DNA of 64,000 nt from Patescibacteria group bacterium (GCA_023380475.1 JAMCRD010000003.1:28397-92396), one strand, 5' to 3'; positions 29,652 to 40,333 are shown, numbered from the stretch's first letter. Translations and numbers: made by a program. The notes: generated by a model not told the origin, from the sequence alone.

Positions 29652-30245
29652 CTAGATGGCGTCTTTAGGTAAGGACCAGATATAAATTCCTATCAGAAGG
29701 CAGATGGCCGCCATAATTATAAACAATACCGGGAATCCCAGCTCTTCAATGATCAATCCTCCGATGAGAGCTGATAAACCAACAGCGATGGAGGTCACAC
29801 CCTCATAGCGGCTCCACTGTTTGAGAGACCGTTCGCTGTCGGTATTCTTGGTATAAAGCGAGTCAAAGGCCGGCGCGCCGACAGCTGCGCCTATACCCCA
29901 CAATAGTTGGGTCACAATAAGCTGAGGGAGATTGGTCATAAAGGCATAACTCACGAATACAGCTCCTCGAATGACATAACCTAGGGCTACCAAGCGTTCC
30001 CTGTGATGAAAAACTCGCAGTCCCCAGTCCGAAAACACCAAGACCAAAACGCCGGATACAATCGAGAACACGCTCCAAGAGATACCAGCGAAGATTACAC
30101 CGCCCCCTATTTTCTCTATGAATAGAGCATAGAATGGCGAAAACAAGCCCGTCGCGAATACAATAAAGGTGTTTACGGTCAGAAGTATCTTTAAACCGCG
30201 GCTAAATATTGACTTGCTGTAGATATGCCCAACTAAATCGTCCAT
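29652..30245 (-). CDS. Six-TM membrane protein, MFS-half-like
   Basis: 197 aa polytopic protein with helix spacing like an MFS half. No specific motif was recognised. Confidence 0.45.
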   Translation of the reverse strand: MDDLVGHIYSKSIFSRGLKILLTVNTFIVFATGLFSPFYALFIEKIGGGVIFAGISWSVFSIVSGVLVLVFSDWGLRVFHHRERLVALGYVIRGAVFVSYAFMTNLPQLIVTQLLWGIGAAVGAPAFDSLYTKNTDSERSLKQWSRYEGVTSIAVGLSALIGGLIIEELGFPVLFIIMAAICLLIGIYIWSLPKDAI

Positions 30246-30392
30246 GATCGTTTATACATTACAGCTTAACATTAATATCTTAGCAAAAAAGTAATTGCCT
30301 GGTCTCCACCGCGATAAACAGAGCATTTACGCAGCAGCGGATATCTGATAATATGGCGTGGGGCCCGAGAGGGCCTTTTAATCTATAAACCT

Positions 30393-32204
30393 ATGGAACT
30401 GCGCAATATAGCCATAATAGCCCACGTTGACCACGGCAAAACCACATTGGTTGATGCCCTATTAAAGCAATCCGCCAGCTTTAAACAGAAGAGTGGAGCA
30501 ATAAACGAGTTGATAATGGACACCAATGAACTAGAGCGGGAACGGGGGATCACCATCTTCTCCAAAAACGCGGCTATTATCTACAACGACATCAAGATAA
30601 ATATAGTCGATACGCCGGGGCACGCGGATTTCGGAGGAGAAGTTGAGCGCATAATGCGTATGGTTGACGGCGCGTTGCTTTTGGTCGATGCCAAAGAAGG
30701 GCCGATGCCTCAGACAAAATTCGTATTGAAAAAAGCTATCCAGGCCGGTCTGAAAATAATCGTAGTCATAAACAAGATCGACAAGCCTGACGCCAGGCCA
30801 ATGTGGGCTTTGGAACGAACCTTCGATCTGTTTGTCGATCTGGGCGCTTCCGAAGAGCAAGCCGACTTCCCGGTTATTTATGCGTCAGGCGTTAACGGCA
30901 AAGCTGGATATAACCACAACCTGAGCGAAATGAAAAATATCAGCCCATTGTTTGATGCCATTATCAAATACATCCCTCCGCCAAAAGTTGACCTTTCTAA
31001 ACCGCTCCAGATGCTGACCTTCAGTCTTTTGCAAGATAACTTCAAAGGGAAAATCGCTGTTGGTCGCATCTATTCCGGAACTTTAAAGAAAGGCATGGAG
31101 GTTGGTTATATCAATAGGGCGGGAGCGCTGAAGAAAGCTTACCTAAGCTCGGTGATGGCTTTTGATGGTCTTAACCGAGTGGAGACCGAAGTAAGTACGC
31201 CCGGTGACATCGTGGCCATAGCCGGTATACCCGATATATCTATCGGTGAAACCATAACTGATTTCAACAATCCACAACCACTGCCGCCGATAAGCATCGA
31301 CGAACCGACGGTAAAAATAAATTTCTTGGTAAACGACTCTCCCTTTGCCGGTAAGGAAGGAACATACTCTACTTCGATCAATCTCCGTGATAGGTTAAAA
31401 CGGGAACTGGATACTGATGTGGCGCTGCGCGTTGAGTCAACTGATTCGCCAGACAGATGGATTGTATCCGGTCGGGGAGAACTGCACTTATCTATACTCA
31501 TCGAGAAGATGCGCCACGAGGGTTATGAGTTCCAAGTGTCACGCCCCCAGGTTATCTTGCATGAAACGGATGGCAAAAAAACTGAACCAATCGAACGTCT
31601 ATCAATCGAAGTGCCGGAAACATACACCGGAACAGTGATCGAGCAGGTTGGCTCGCGCAAGGGTCTTATGGTCGATATGCGGGTCGATAAAGGTACGGCT
31701 TATCTAGAATTCCTCATACCCACCCGGGGCCTTATAGGTTTCCGTAATCAATTCATGACCAGTACCAAGGGACTCGGTATCATGAACTCTATCTTTGAGA
31801 AATACGAGGATTACAAAGGAGACTTCGATTCGAACCCCCATGGCTCGTTGGTGGCCAGCGAAACTGGTGCTACCAGAACCTATGGCCTCCTCAACGCCGA
31901 GGGCAGGGGAGAGCTGTTTGTTGGACCAGGAGTTAAGGTTTACGAAGGCATGATCGTCGGCCAAAACGCTAAAACAAATGACATACGCGTCAACGTCTGC
32001 AAAGAGAAACAGCTATCCAATATGCGAGCCAAATCCGACGGTGCCATGGAGTTCCTAAAAGTTCCCAGAACTTTGACTCTCGAAGAGGCAATTGAATTCA
32101 TCGGCAATGATGAACTGGTTGAAATAACGCCCCAATCGATCAGGCTGCGCAAGTTATGGCTGAAAGAGGGCGATGAAAACCGTTCCAAAAGGGGACTGCT
32201 CTAA
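30393..32204 (+). CDS. typA: Translational GTPase TypA/BipA
   Basis: [32 protein letters not shown] and NKID motifs. 603 aa with a BipA-type C-terminus. Confidence 0.93.
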   Translation: MELRNIAIIAHVDHGKTTLVDALLKQSASFKQKSGAINELIMDTNELERERGITIFSKNAAIIYNDIKINIVDTPGHADFGGEVERIMRMVDGALLLVDAKEGPMPQTKFVLKKAIQAGLKIIVVINKIDKPDARPMWALERTFDLFVDLGASEEQADFPVIYASGVNGKAGYNHNLSEMKNISPLFDAIIKYIPPPKVDLSKPLQMLTFSLLQDNFKGKIAVGRIYSGTLKKGMEVGYINRAGALKKAYLSSVMAFDGLNRVETEVSTPGDIVAIAGIPDISIGETITDFNNPQPLPPISIDEPTVKINFLVNDSPFAGKEGTYSTSINLRDRLKRELDTDVALRVESTDSPDRWIVSGRGELHLSILIEKMRHEGYEFQVSRPQVILHETDGKKTEPIERLSIEVPETYTGTVIEQVGSRKGLMVDMRVDKGTAYLEFLIPTRGLIGFRNQFMTSTKGLGIMNSIFEKYEDYKGDFDSNPHGSLVASETGATRTYGLLNAEGRGELFVGPGVKVYEGMIVGQNAKTNDIRVNVCKEKQLSNMRAKSDGAMEFLKVPRTLTLEEAIEFIGNDELVEITPQSIRLRKLWLKEGDENRSKRGLL

Positions 32205-32227
32205 GCACAAAAGGTATAATTACTAGT

Positions 32228-32608
32228 ATGGATGAAAATCAGCCTGTAGCTGTGGCTACCTGCCCAAAGTGTCATCAATCAGTGCTGCCCCAATACTATT
32301 TCTGCCCCAACTGTGGCCAAGCCTTGAGAGAGCCACCACTCCCAACGTCGGCCTTGGCCCAAATCAAGCTCTATGCTTTCACCTTGATTCTCATGCCATT
32401 GACCTGTTATCTCATCTACCGGCGCTGGCTGGGGGTAAAATACCTAAGATCACAGGATCCAAAAGCAAGACAGATAGGCATCGTGTCTATGATCCTTCTT
32501 ATCGTTTCAGTAGCCCTCGTTATATGGCTAATCTGGGCGGCAATTATATGGGCCGAACAGTACGTTCAGGCTCAAGAGAACAGCCTGAACAGTTTGAGCG
32601 GCTTATAA
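32228..32608 (+). CDS. Zinc-ribbon membrane protein
   Basis: CPKCH...CPNCG zinc ribbon followed by two TM helices. TATAAT ends 7 nt before the ATG. Confidence 0.55.
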   Translation: MDENQPVAVATCPKCHQSVLPQYYFCPNCGQALREPPLPTSALAQIKLYAFTLILMPLTCYLIYRRWLGVKYLRSQDPKARQIGIVSMILLIVSVALVIWLIWAAIIWAEQYVQAQENSLNSLSGL

Positions 32609-32623
32609 ACTACAGGTGTACAG

Positions 32624-33301
32624 CTAGCGCAAGAATCTAAACGTACCGACTATATTGTCCAGGACAGAAGTGGCTTGGATCTCGTCAAACGGTTTTAGAT
32701 TGTATGAGGCCGGGTAATTCATTATCTGGCTGGAGTGAAGAGTATATTCAATGGCGAAACACTGATTGTTGTGCACCGCACGATAGCTAGTTGTTTGGTA
32801 ATAATTACCGGCGCCAGCATCGCTGGAATGGAAGACTGTAAATTCAATGCCGTTGACAATAATGCTGCTCGAAGTAGCTGCGGTTGGATTAGTGGGATCC
32901 GGCACCATACACTGAGCCACCGCCGTTCCGTCGTTACTGGCCCCGACTGTCAGGGTCGCATCATCAAAGTTAGTCTGCGGCTCAAACACTCTGGGGATCG
33001 TCAGGGTAAGATATTTTATTCCTTGGGTGCCATTGGAGTTGATACGCCAATCAGTCGAAGGCGTAGCTAGGTAGTTATCGTCAACTTGAAAATCTAGAGG
33101 GTAGGCTATACTAAACGTCCCACCACTGGTATCTGTTTGCCACTCCGCTACATCGCTATAGTAGTTATTTAATGAAGTGGCTTTGCTATTGGTCTTTTGA
33201 CTTTGACCATAATGCTCCCCGATATAAAACCCTGCGACAGCCAAAACGATCATGACGATGACCATTATCAACTTGGCATACCAACCTGACTTATTGTTCA
33301 T
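32624..33301 (-). CDS. Membrane-anchored exported protein, unknown function
   Basis: 225 aa with an N-terminal TM anchor and a beta-rich ectodomain. No recognisable motif. Confidence 0.5.
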   Translation of the reverse strand: MNNKSGWYAKLIMVIVMIVLAVAGFYIGEHYGQSQKTNSKATSLNNYYSDVAEWQTDTSGGTFSIAYPLDFQVDDNYLATPSTDWRINSNGTQGIKYLTLTIPRVFEPQTNFDDATLTVGASNDGTAVAQCMVPDPTNPTAATSSSIIVNGIEFTVFHSSDAGAGNYYQTTSYRAVHNNQCFAIEYTLHSSQIMNYPASYNLKPFDEIQATSVLDNIVGTFRFLR

Positions 33302-33420
33302 TTGTTGTTATAAATATTTTACCTTAGCTTGTGTTACTATATACTATATAACAACTGGTTGTTCTGCGATATTCTCCTGGGACAACAGTGCAATCAACAT
33401 AAAAAAACCAAAACAAACTC

Positions 33421-35865
33421 ATGGAAGCACATAATAACGTCGACCGGCCAAGTCCGGCCGTGGCCCAGTGGGAAATGATTGTTAAGACTGTCTCCAAAGT
33501 AGCGCTTATTTTATTGGGTCTAGTGCCTCTGATAGTAGACGGCTACGTCATCTTCCCTTACATATCCGGGAAGATGATTGCTATCCGCATAGCTGTCACT
33601 CTTGTTTTATTATCAATCTCGCTCGGTCTTATTATTTCAAGACGTTTCAGGCATGAACTGTACGCGCGAGTAAGGAAACTGATCCATAATCCAATATTCT
33701 TAACTGCCAGCGCCTTCATGCTTTCTATAGGCTTAAGCGCTATTTTCGCTGTGGATAAATACCGGGCCTTTTGGGGGAATGTCGAAAGAGCCGAGGGTTT
33801 TGTCGGCATATTCTCTTACTTTATATTCATACCGCTAGCTTACCTCATCTTCAGCCGCAAGGACTGGCTATGGTTTTTCAAAACTAGCTTAGGCGCAGGC
33901 ATAATCCTCTTTATAAACGAGGTCATGTCTTTGCCGACCGATCCGACCGCGGCCAGGCCAGGATCGTTCACCGGAAACCCGTCTTTTTTGGCAGGTTACC
34001 TCCTATTCGTGATCGCCTCAGCGATCATCATCGTCTACAACGCCAAGCGTGAAGACCGCGCCTCCAGCGAATGGTCTGTAATAGCTCTATTAGCTTTGGT
34101 GGGCGTATTTCTAACCACCGGCGCGGTGAGCGGTTGGCTTGGACTGACCCTCACAATCGTTCTCACACCGGCAGCTATTGCTCTCATAGCCGTATATAAC
34201 AAGCGGGTAGAAGGCAAGATATCGAGATTGTTCTGGCAAGCTATCCCTTCTTTAACGATCGCAGCCGCAATAGTAGGCATGTTCTTAACCCAAACCAGAG
34301 GGACTCTCCTAGGGCTGGCTGCGGGTTTCGTCATACTGGCTATCTACTGGGCTATTAAAGGCAAACACATAACTGTATTTCGTAAACTAAGCTTAAGGAG
34401 AGCCGCCATTTTACTCATGGTTATTTTGGTTGCTTTCGCAGCTGTATTTTTCGTAACAAGAAGCGACTCATTCTGGCAAAAGATACCGGGAATGAACAGA
34501 TTCGCCCAACTCAGCCTAGACCATATCATCAATGATCCTACTGTCCAGACAAGGCTGATCTCCGATGGCATAGGGTTGAAAGCCATGAACCCGGTCTCCG
34601 TCGGTTACCTACGGCTAGTATTCGGCTGGGGGCAGGAGAACTTCGGCATAGCCTACAACTCTTACTACAACCCTCGCTACTTCGAATTTGAACAGGAATG
34701 GTTTGATCGAGCTCACGATAAGTTGATGGATGTCTTGGTTATGAACGGGGTCATTGGCCTGATATCATATCTCGCCCTATGGATGTCCTTCATATGGGTA
34801 GGATTCAAGAAAAAAGAGTTCTCCGTTGAGAAAATGGCACTGTTGTTCTTTGGGGTCGCTTTCTTCGTGAATCTTCTGTCGTTGTTCGATCAAGTATCCA
34901 CCTATATACCCTTATTCGCCGCACTCGGCTTAATGGCTTATCTTCGCGACGAAGAACACCATGAGAGCGAAGCCACTCCGCCGCCGCGCGGCAATTCTGT
35001 GTTCTCTTATATTCTGTATACGGTCGTCGGCGTTATTTCCTTGTTCATGCTTTATGTGCTTGTGGTTAGTATGACCGCATACGTCCAAATGCATGAATAC
35101 ATTGGCCTGCTACAAAGTCAGGATCTGGTTCAGATAGAAAATGGTCTAGATGGCGTGACATCCCCTTACAACTATGCCCAGCAGGACATACGAGGAGAAC
35201 TCTTGTCAGCTGTGACCGCGCGATACACGTCTACTAGTGTTTCGTACTTGCAGCCGCTCATGGACAAGGCCATAGGGTTGGAAGAACAAGTTGTAAATAT
35301 GGATCCGTATGACCCAAGACAATCGCTAATTATCGCAACCGCTTACGACACTGAAGGCATTGCCGCCACGAGTACCGCCGCAGCCACAACCTATTACCAA
35401 GAAGCCGAACAGTACTACCGTAGGGCCTATCAACTGGCTCCAGAGAGACAAGATGTAATTCTACCCCTGGTTCAGAATCTGTTCTACCAGCGACAGAACA
35501 GCGAAGCACTGGCTTTGTTGATACAATGTTACCAAGAGGATCCCAATGTCGTGGTGTCCAACTATGAGCTAGGCTATGTTCTTAGTCTGACCAGCAGCAG
35601 CTACTATTCCGAGGCTCTGCCACTGCTGAACTTTACACTTGATCATTACGCCTCAAACCTAAGCCAGCTCGGGAACATAGAAAATGTAATCAAAGTCTAC
35701 GAATCGTTCGTCAGTTACTTCTACAACACTAAGAATGCGGCCGATTTTGCAGAGACAATGCACGGTTTGACCATACTCGAGCCTTATAACTCGGCTAATT
35801 TTAGTGCTGCCGCCACAGCGGCTCAAACAGGGAACTGGTCAGCCATTAACCTAAAATCAATTTAG
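33421..35865 (+). CDS. O-antigen ligase/polymerase-like polytopic membrane protein with C-terminal TPR-like domain
   Basis: More than 10 TM segments, a Wzy_C-like loop (FLTQTRGTLLGLAAG) and a helical-repeat C-terminus (YYQEAEQYYRRAYQLAP). Confidence 0.6.
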   Translation: MEAHNNVDRPSPAVAQWEMIVKTVSKVALILLGLVPLIVDGYVIFPYISGKMIAIRIAVTLVLLSISLGLIISRRFRHELYARVRKLIHNPIFLTASAFMLSIGLSAIFAVDKYRAFWGNVERAEGFVGIFSYFIFIPLAYLIFSRKDWLWFFKTSLGAGIILFINEVMSLPTDPTAARPGSFTGNPSFLAGYLLFVIASAIIIVYNAKREDRASSEWSVIALLALVGVFLTTGAVSGWLGLTLTIVLTPAAIALIAVYNKRVEGKISRLFWQAIPSLTIAAAIVGMFLTQTRGTLLGLAAGFVILAIYWAIKGKHITVFRKLSLRRAAILLMVILVAFAAVFFVTRSDSFWQKIPGMNRFAQLSLDHIINDPTVQTRLISDGIGLKAMNPVSVGYLRLVFGWGQENFGIAYNSYYNPRYFEFEQEWFDRAHDKLMDVLVMNGVIGLISYLALWMSFIWVGFKKKEFSVEKMALLFFGVAFFVNLLSLFDQVSTYIPLFAALGLMAYLRDEEHHESEATPPPRGNSVFSYILYTVVGVISLFMLYVLVVSMTAYVQMHEYIGLLQSQDLVQIENGLDGVTSPYNYAQQDIRGELLSAVTARYTSTSVSYLQPLMDKAIGLEEQVVNMDPYDPRQSLIIATAYDTEGIAATSTAAATTYYQEAEQYYRRAYQLAPERQDVILPLVQNLFYQRQNSEALALLIQCYQEDPNVVVSNYELGYVLSLTSSSYYSEALPLLNFTLDHYASNLSQLGNIENVIKVYESFVSYFYNTKNAADFAETMHGLTILEPYNSANFSAAATAAQTGNWSAINLKSI

Positions 35866-35866
35866 T

Positions 35867-36913
35867 CTATTCGGCAGCGGCTTCCGTTTTATTACCTTCA
35901 AGCATATCGAAAGTCTTGCGGCTCATCACCACGTCCTCAGCCATATTTTTAAGATCTTCTTCGCTCTCGTCCGGATAGCGGAATTTTAGAAGCTCGGTAT
36001 TGGCTTCTATCTCCTGTTGCGTGGCAAAAATATTCTCCGTCTTTTGGATTTCGCTTATCACGAACTGGGCCCGCAATTGATCCTCTGTGAAAACCCGCTC
36101 TTCCTTAGCCAAACTTTCTACCGTCTTTCCGGATTCCTTTAAATATTGCTCCAGCGAGAAACCGGCTGCCTTAATATTGGCATCACGCTGAACCTTAAAT
36201 CTTTCCAGTTCCTGGTCCACCAACAGAGCCGGTACGGTGAGCTTTGCCATTTTGACTATCTCGCGCAGCGTTTCATCCCGCTTGGCTTCGTGCTGCTTAG
36301 CCAGCTTATTCTCACCAAGTTGTTTCTTTAACTCGTCTTTGAATTCAGCAACGTTTTGGAAAGGACCAGCCTTTTTGACGAGATCGTCCGTCAGCTCCGG
36401 CAGGTTATTGGTTGGTTTGCTCTTCTCCTCATCGCTTATCAGCATCCGTTGCACTTGTTCAACGGCCTGCTGCAATTCCTTATCGCTTATCTCGCTGTCT
36501 TCTTTACGTTCAAATATAGCTTTGGCTATTTGCTTGTAATCTGGTAGTACAATCGCTGGGTAAAGAGCCACCTTAACCCTGAATACAATCGGGCTGCCAA
36601 CGGTTATCTTCTCCAGAGAAGCTGCAGGCGAACCAACTACCCGCAACTCGGAATCGATAACGATCTCCCTTATAGCATCATTGAGAGACTGGTTGGCCGC
36701 CTCTTCAAAAAGATGCATCGGATCGACATGCTCCTTCACGATACTTCCCGGTATCTTGCCCTTTCTAAAGCCCGGCAGCTCAAGCGTCGATCCTATCTCA
36801 ACCAACACTCTAGCTGTATTTTCTTCTATCACCTTGAGGGGTATCTCAGCCTCGAATTCCACCTCACTGTCACGCTGCCTGAGTTTCTTGAGCTTAGTAT
36901 ATGATTTATCCAT
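35867..36913 (-). CDS. tig: Trigger factor lacking the PPIase domain
   Basis: N-terminal ribosome-binding signature GFRKGKIP and C-terminal arm regions. At 348 aa it goes almost directly from ..VEQVQRM to LPELTDDL. Confidence 0.8.
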   Translation of the reverse strand: MDKSYTKLKKLRQRDSEVEFEAEIPLKVIEENTARVLVEIGSTLELPGFRKGKIPGSIVKEHVDPMHLFEEAANQSLNDAIREIVIDSELRVVGSPAASLEKITVGSPIVFRVKVALYPAIVLPDYKQIAKAIFERKEDSEISDKELQQAVEQVQRMLISDEEKSKPTNNLPELTDDLVKKAGPFQNVAEFKDELKKQLGENKLAKQHEAKRDETLREIVKMAKLTVPALLVDQELERFKVQRDANIKAAGFSLEQYLKESGKTVESLAKEERVFTEDQLRAQFVISEIQKTENIFATQQEIEANTELLKFRYPDESEEDLKNMAEDVVMSRKTFDMLEGNKTEAAAE

Positions 36914-37000
36914 AAAAGCTACTTAGTTTAGCCGGTGGTAAGTGATATTGCAATTGATTGCTATCTACATGGTTCCAGCTGGTACTTTATGTTATAGTTA

Positions 37001-37273
37001 ATGCAAATGACGGCACTGACTATAGCTGAGACTGTGTTCTACATAGTGGTTTCATTAGCCATAATAGCTTTGGGCGTGTTCTGTTGCGTCGTGACTTACG
37101 AGCTGGTCAAGATAACCAAGAATCTGAGAATCATCTCCGAAAACTTGTCCTCAATGTCAAAAGACACCGAAGAAAAAGTAAAGGAGATGTTAGACAGGCT
37201 ATCTGTTTCGCCAATACTGTCCTTTTTCATGAAAAGGGGCAAAGCATCATCCAAAGGTCGCAGCAGCAAGTAA
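37001..37273 (+). CDS. Small membrane protein, unknown function
   Basis: 90 aa with one N-terminal TM helix and a charged C-terminus. Overlaps an alternative-frame track ORF. Confidence 0.45.
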   Translation: MQMTALTIAETVFYIVVSLAIIALGVFCCVVTYELVKITKNLRIISENLSSMSKDTEEKVKEMLDRLSVSPILSFFMKRGKASSKGRSSK

Positions 37274-37281
37274 TCATATTT

Positions 37282-37629
37282 ATGGCCAAGAAAAAAGTGG
37301 CTAGCAAACACGCTGATTATCTTATGGAGGGCGCTGTGATCGGCGCTGCCCTAGGGATAGCCACAACCCTTTTAGCTGATTCCAAAAGCGGCAAGAAGAT
37401 GGGTCGGAAGGTACGACAAGGAGTGAGACATGAATCTCTAGAGTTCTACCGCTACATCACTCCCAAGATAAAGAAAGCGAAGAGGTTAGGTGAAACCCAG
37501 TACAAGACCATGGTCAAAAAGACGGTAGCGGCCTATGGTCGAGACAGAAAATTATCCGCGAAGGAGATGGCGCTTCTCTTAAAGGAGGCCCAATCGCTCT
37601 GGGCTCATCTGAAAAGGGCAACCAAATAG
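37282..37629 (+). CDS. YtxH-like protein
   Basis: MAKKKVASK..GAVIGAALGIATTLLADSKSGKKMGRKV is a YtxH-type glycine-zipper helix plus a basic region. This is the 3' part of track ORF 37084..37629. Confidence 0.6.
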   Translation: MAKKKVASKHADYLMEGAVIGAALGIATTLLADSKSGKKMGRKVRQGVRHESLEFYRYITPKIKKAKRLGETQYKTMVKKTVAAYGRDRKLSAKEMALLLKEAQSLWAHLKRATK

Positions 37630-37650
37630 AACCCTGGATTCTTTTTTATC

Positions 37651-37677
37651 AAAAAACAGCCTAGATGGCTGTTTTTT
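37651..37677. terminator. Bidirectional intrinsic terminator
   Basis: AAAAAACAGCC-tagat-GGCTGTTTTTT between convergent genes. Confidence 0.8.
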
Positions 37678-37687
37678 GATAAACCAA

Positions 37688-39280
37688 TCAGTACATTCCT
37701 TCCTTCTTGCTACGTAGGAAAGTGTCGAGGTTTTCGATGAACAGCACCAACACTTGAAACGGGACATCAAACAAGGCAAATACTATGACCAGAATTTTTA
37801 TCTTGCTTAGACCGTAAATGGCGAACTTTCCAATGGTAACGAACGGCATGAAGATCAGGTCGCCGAGAAACGACCAAACTGAGGCTTTGGCTGGTTCCAC
37901 GCTTATGTCCTTAGCCCGATTGTTAACTCTAACACCGGTCGCAGCCACTATGGAAGTAAACAGGATTAAGACTATCGAGCTGGCTACAGAGAACTTGAGC
38001 AATTGCAGTAACCGCCACGTTTCCCATAGAACAAAAATGGATACTGCGAAGAATAGGATGTTAACCATGGCCCGGCCGAACCGTTTCTTGCTCTCAGGCA
38101 ACATCATTAGATACTTCTTACGATGTTCATTGTAAACGGCCGCTTTTATCTCAGTTTGGACAAGATCAAGATTGTGCTTGGAAGGCATGCGGATGACAGC
38201 CAGCAAGAACGTCATAAGCAGGGGAGGGAAGATGATACTTGCCACCGTGTTAGCCAAAATAAAAGTATGAAGAGCGTTGTCGAGCGGTATCTCAATAGCC
38301 AAAGCGATTATGACTTTTGTAATAAAAAGCGAGACTACGCTGAAAAAAGCTAGATTCTTGAGACGACTCTTCTGCTGTTCAAAACGTCTGTTGTAAGCCG
38401 AAACTATAGCCGGAATTAGTTTATGCTCATCACTGAAAATTTCCTCTACAGCTTCCGGTGCCTTGCCACCGTCAAAGACAATATCCCCCAATAGTAGGAA
38501 AACGGTATTAAATTGATTGCATAGTTTGAAAAAATAAGACGATAGGGGATTTCTAGCATAACCATCTAACTCCCGCTTCACGGTCAAGAGATTGCTTGCC
38601 AACCATTCGAACCGCTCATCGGTTGGATCGTCCCAGTAAGGGTAGAACTGTTTGAGCAAGCGATAAGCCAGCTGATCCTCGTCAACGCGCAGCAAAGCTC
38701 TCTGGATGGCTATAAACAGCTGTATGTCTCTATCCCGATCATCAACCTTTCCACCCGATATGACCATATTCTCCCGCAGAGCCAAAAACATTGCTCCTGC
38801 CATCGCTCGATCCTTAAACGGCGGGTCTAAAAATTCTTCGATAGCCGATGCTGTGACCGAGATCAGCCAAGAGGCCAGATCATCCTGACGGTAGGTTCTA
38901 TTGTCTTTAGACTTATCTATAAAAAGAGTGAGATTGTTTATCAAACCCTGCACATGAGCCACCTTGGTTTCTGGGATTTGATCGTTAGGGAAATATCCTG
39001 AGCGGATCATTTCCTTTATAAGCACTTCGGCGACGTTGTTCCGACGGTGCAACCGTATATCTATCTTAAGAGCCCGTGAAATGCTGTGCTGGCGAATCAG
39101 GTGTTCCTCGTAATAATCAACTATGCTCCGTATTTGCTCGTAGGCCTTAGCAAACTTGGAAGCTACTTCGTCAACGTGAATGCATACCGTGGTTTCCGAA
39201 GACGGCTTGTTTAAATTAGAGTTATCCTTGTAACTCTTTAAGAGGTAACGAATTGCTTCTGATAGCATAATGGTGGTCAA
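37688..39280 (-). CDS. Large membrane protein of unknown function (helical N-terminal domain plus about 6 TM)
   Basis: 530 aa, with a soluble helical part of about 300 aa followed by hydrophobic helices. No motif recognised. Confidence 0.6.
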   Translation of the reverse strand: MTTIMLSEAIRYLLKSYKDNSNLNKPSSETTVCIHVDEVASKFAKAYEQIRSIVDYYEEHLIRQHSISRALKIDIRLHRRNNVAEVLIKEMIRSGYFPNDQIPETKVAHVQGLINNLTLFIDKSKDNRTYRQDDLASWLISVTASAIEEFLDPPFKDRAMAGAMFLALRENMVISGGKVDDRDRDIQLFIAIQRALLRVDEDQLAYRLLKQFYPYWDDPTDERFEWLASNLLTVKRELDGYARNPLSSYFFKLCNQFNTVFLLLGDIVFDGGKAPEAVEEIFSDEHKLIPAIVSAYNRRFEQQKSRLKNLAFFSVVSLFITKVIIALAIEIPLDNALHTFILANTVASIIFPPLLMTFLLAVIRMPSKHNLDLVQTEIKAAVYNEHRKKYLMMLPESKKRFGRAMVNILFFAVSIFVLWETWRLLQLLKFSVASSIVLILFTSIVAATGVRVNNRAKDISVEPAKASVWSFLGDLIFMPFVTIGKFAIYGLSKIKILVIVFALFDVPFQVLVLFIENLDTFLRSKKEGMY

Positions 39281-39430
39281 TCCCGTATTTACCAGCTGGT
39301 TTCGCTGACTCTAGCTAGCTGGCCGGCAAGGCGGTTTGGGTAGCATTTCAAGCCATATCTCGCCCAATAGACCTTATTAGGTCTACTATAGATAACGCCA
39401 AATATCAAATTGACCGCTGTGGCAGGGGAC

Positions 39431-39458
39431 TTGATACCAGCAGAATTATATGTATACT
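39431..39458 (+). promoter_or_regulatory. Putative csp promoter
   Basis: TTGATA (39431-39436), 16 nt spacer, TATACT (39453-39458). Leader of about 60 nt before the csp ATG. Confidence 0.5.
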
Positions 39459-39521
39459 CATCTGAGTTGAGTTAAAGGAGGAGACTAGGTCGAGTTTTCC
39501 AAAGAAGAAAAAGATAAAATT

Positions 39522-39719
39522 ATGAAAGGAACCATCAAAAAGCTCACGGACAGAGGATTCGGTTTCATCGCTCGCGAAGGCGAGACGAAGGATCTGTTCT
39601 TCCACTCTAAAGAGCTAAAGGGTGTCACGTTCGACGAATTAAAAGTCGGCGACGCTGTCACATTTGATGTGGTCGACACCGATAAAGGTCCGGCCGCTAC
39701 GAACGTAAGCCGCGCTTAG
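39522..39719 (+). CDS. csp: Cold-shock protein (CspA family)
   Basis: 65 aa with the RNP1-like motif RGFGFI and an FFHSKEL motif. Confidence 0.93.
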   Translation: MKGTIKKLTDRGFGFIAREGETKDLFFHSKELKGVTFDELKVGDAVTFDVVDTDKGPAATNVSRA

Positions 39720-39745
39720 AACGAACTCTAAACGTAACTAACTAG

Positions 39746-39775
39746 AAAAACCACCGCTTTAGGGCGGTGGTTTTT
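39746..39775 (+). terminator. Intrinsic terminator after csp
   Basis: AAAAACCACCGC-tttagg-GCGGTGGTTTTT. Confidence 0.85.
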
Positions 39776-39852
39776 CTATCTTCGCTTCAAAAATAAGAAT
39801 TTACGTTGTATAATTTTTATTAGTAAAGAGTCGAAAAACAGCAAACTAACAA

Positions 39853-40014
39853 ATGTGGAAACAATGGGCCAATGCGCTCCTGGGAATCGTCGTAATAGTA
39901 TTTGCTTTTACCGGAGCACACGTCATTAGGTTTGTTATCGCCGGCGCACTAATACTCATCTTGGCCGTTTGGTCGGCATTAGAAAAAAAGCCGACGGCTC
40001 CAACCCAGCAATAA
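39853..40014 (+). CDS. 53-aa two-TM micro-protein (not in ORF track)
   Basis: MWKQWANALLGIVVIVFAFTGAHVIRFVIAGALILILAVWSALEKKPTAPTQQ. Lies downstream of a TTCAAA-17-TATAAT promoter at about 39786-39814. Confidence 0.45.
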   Translation: MWKQWANALLGIVVIVFAFTGAHVIRFVIAGALILILAVWSALEKKPTAPTQQ

Positions 40015-40105
40015 AGTAGTCTAGTAATTAGGTAGTCTATTATAAGTGGCTATAATCCAGTAAAAGCGGCAATAGTCGTAGGCCGTCAGTTGTCACCTAA
40101 AAATC

Positions 40106-40273
40106 ATGACATCATACAAATGTCCACAGTGTGGTGCTGTATCCACACAACCTGGGAATTGTTCCAAATGTAACGTTCCTATGGTGGCGGTAGAAGAGCA
40201 AGTCGGTGCTGACGCGCCGCAGCAAAAAGAGCAAACACCGCAAGAGCCGCAGCCGCAGCAACCCCAGCAGTAA
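40106..40273 (+). CDS. 55-aa zinc-ribbon micro-protein with Q/P-rich tail (not in ORF track)
   Basis: MTSYKCPQCGAVSTQPGNCSKCNVP...QEPQPQQPQQ. A TATAAT lies at about 40051-40056, and a 19-bp terminator stem follows directly. Confidence 0.5.
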   Translation: MTSYKCPQCGAVSTQPGNCSKCNVPMVAVEEQVGADAPQQKEQTPQEPQPQQPQQ

Positions 40274-40284
40274 GCTTGCGCTAC

Positions 40285-40333
40285 AGTAACAAAAACACCT
40301 CGCTTTTAGTTCGAGCGAGGTGTTTTTGTTACT
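40285..40333. terminator. Bidirectional intrinsic terminator (19-bp stem)
   Basis: AGTAACAAAAACACCTCGC-ttttagttcga-GCGAGGTGTTTTTGTTACT between convergent genes. Confidence 0.85.

Noticed and set aside
37084-37281. 5' two-thirds of track ORF 37084..37629
   Set aside because: It overlaps the 37001..37273 ORF in another frame and has no YtxH similarity. The YtxH-like protein begins at ATG 37282.
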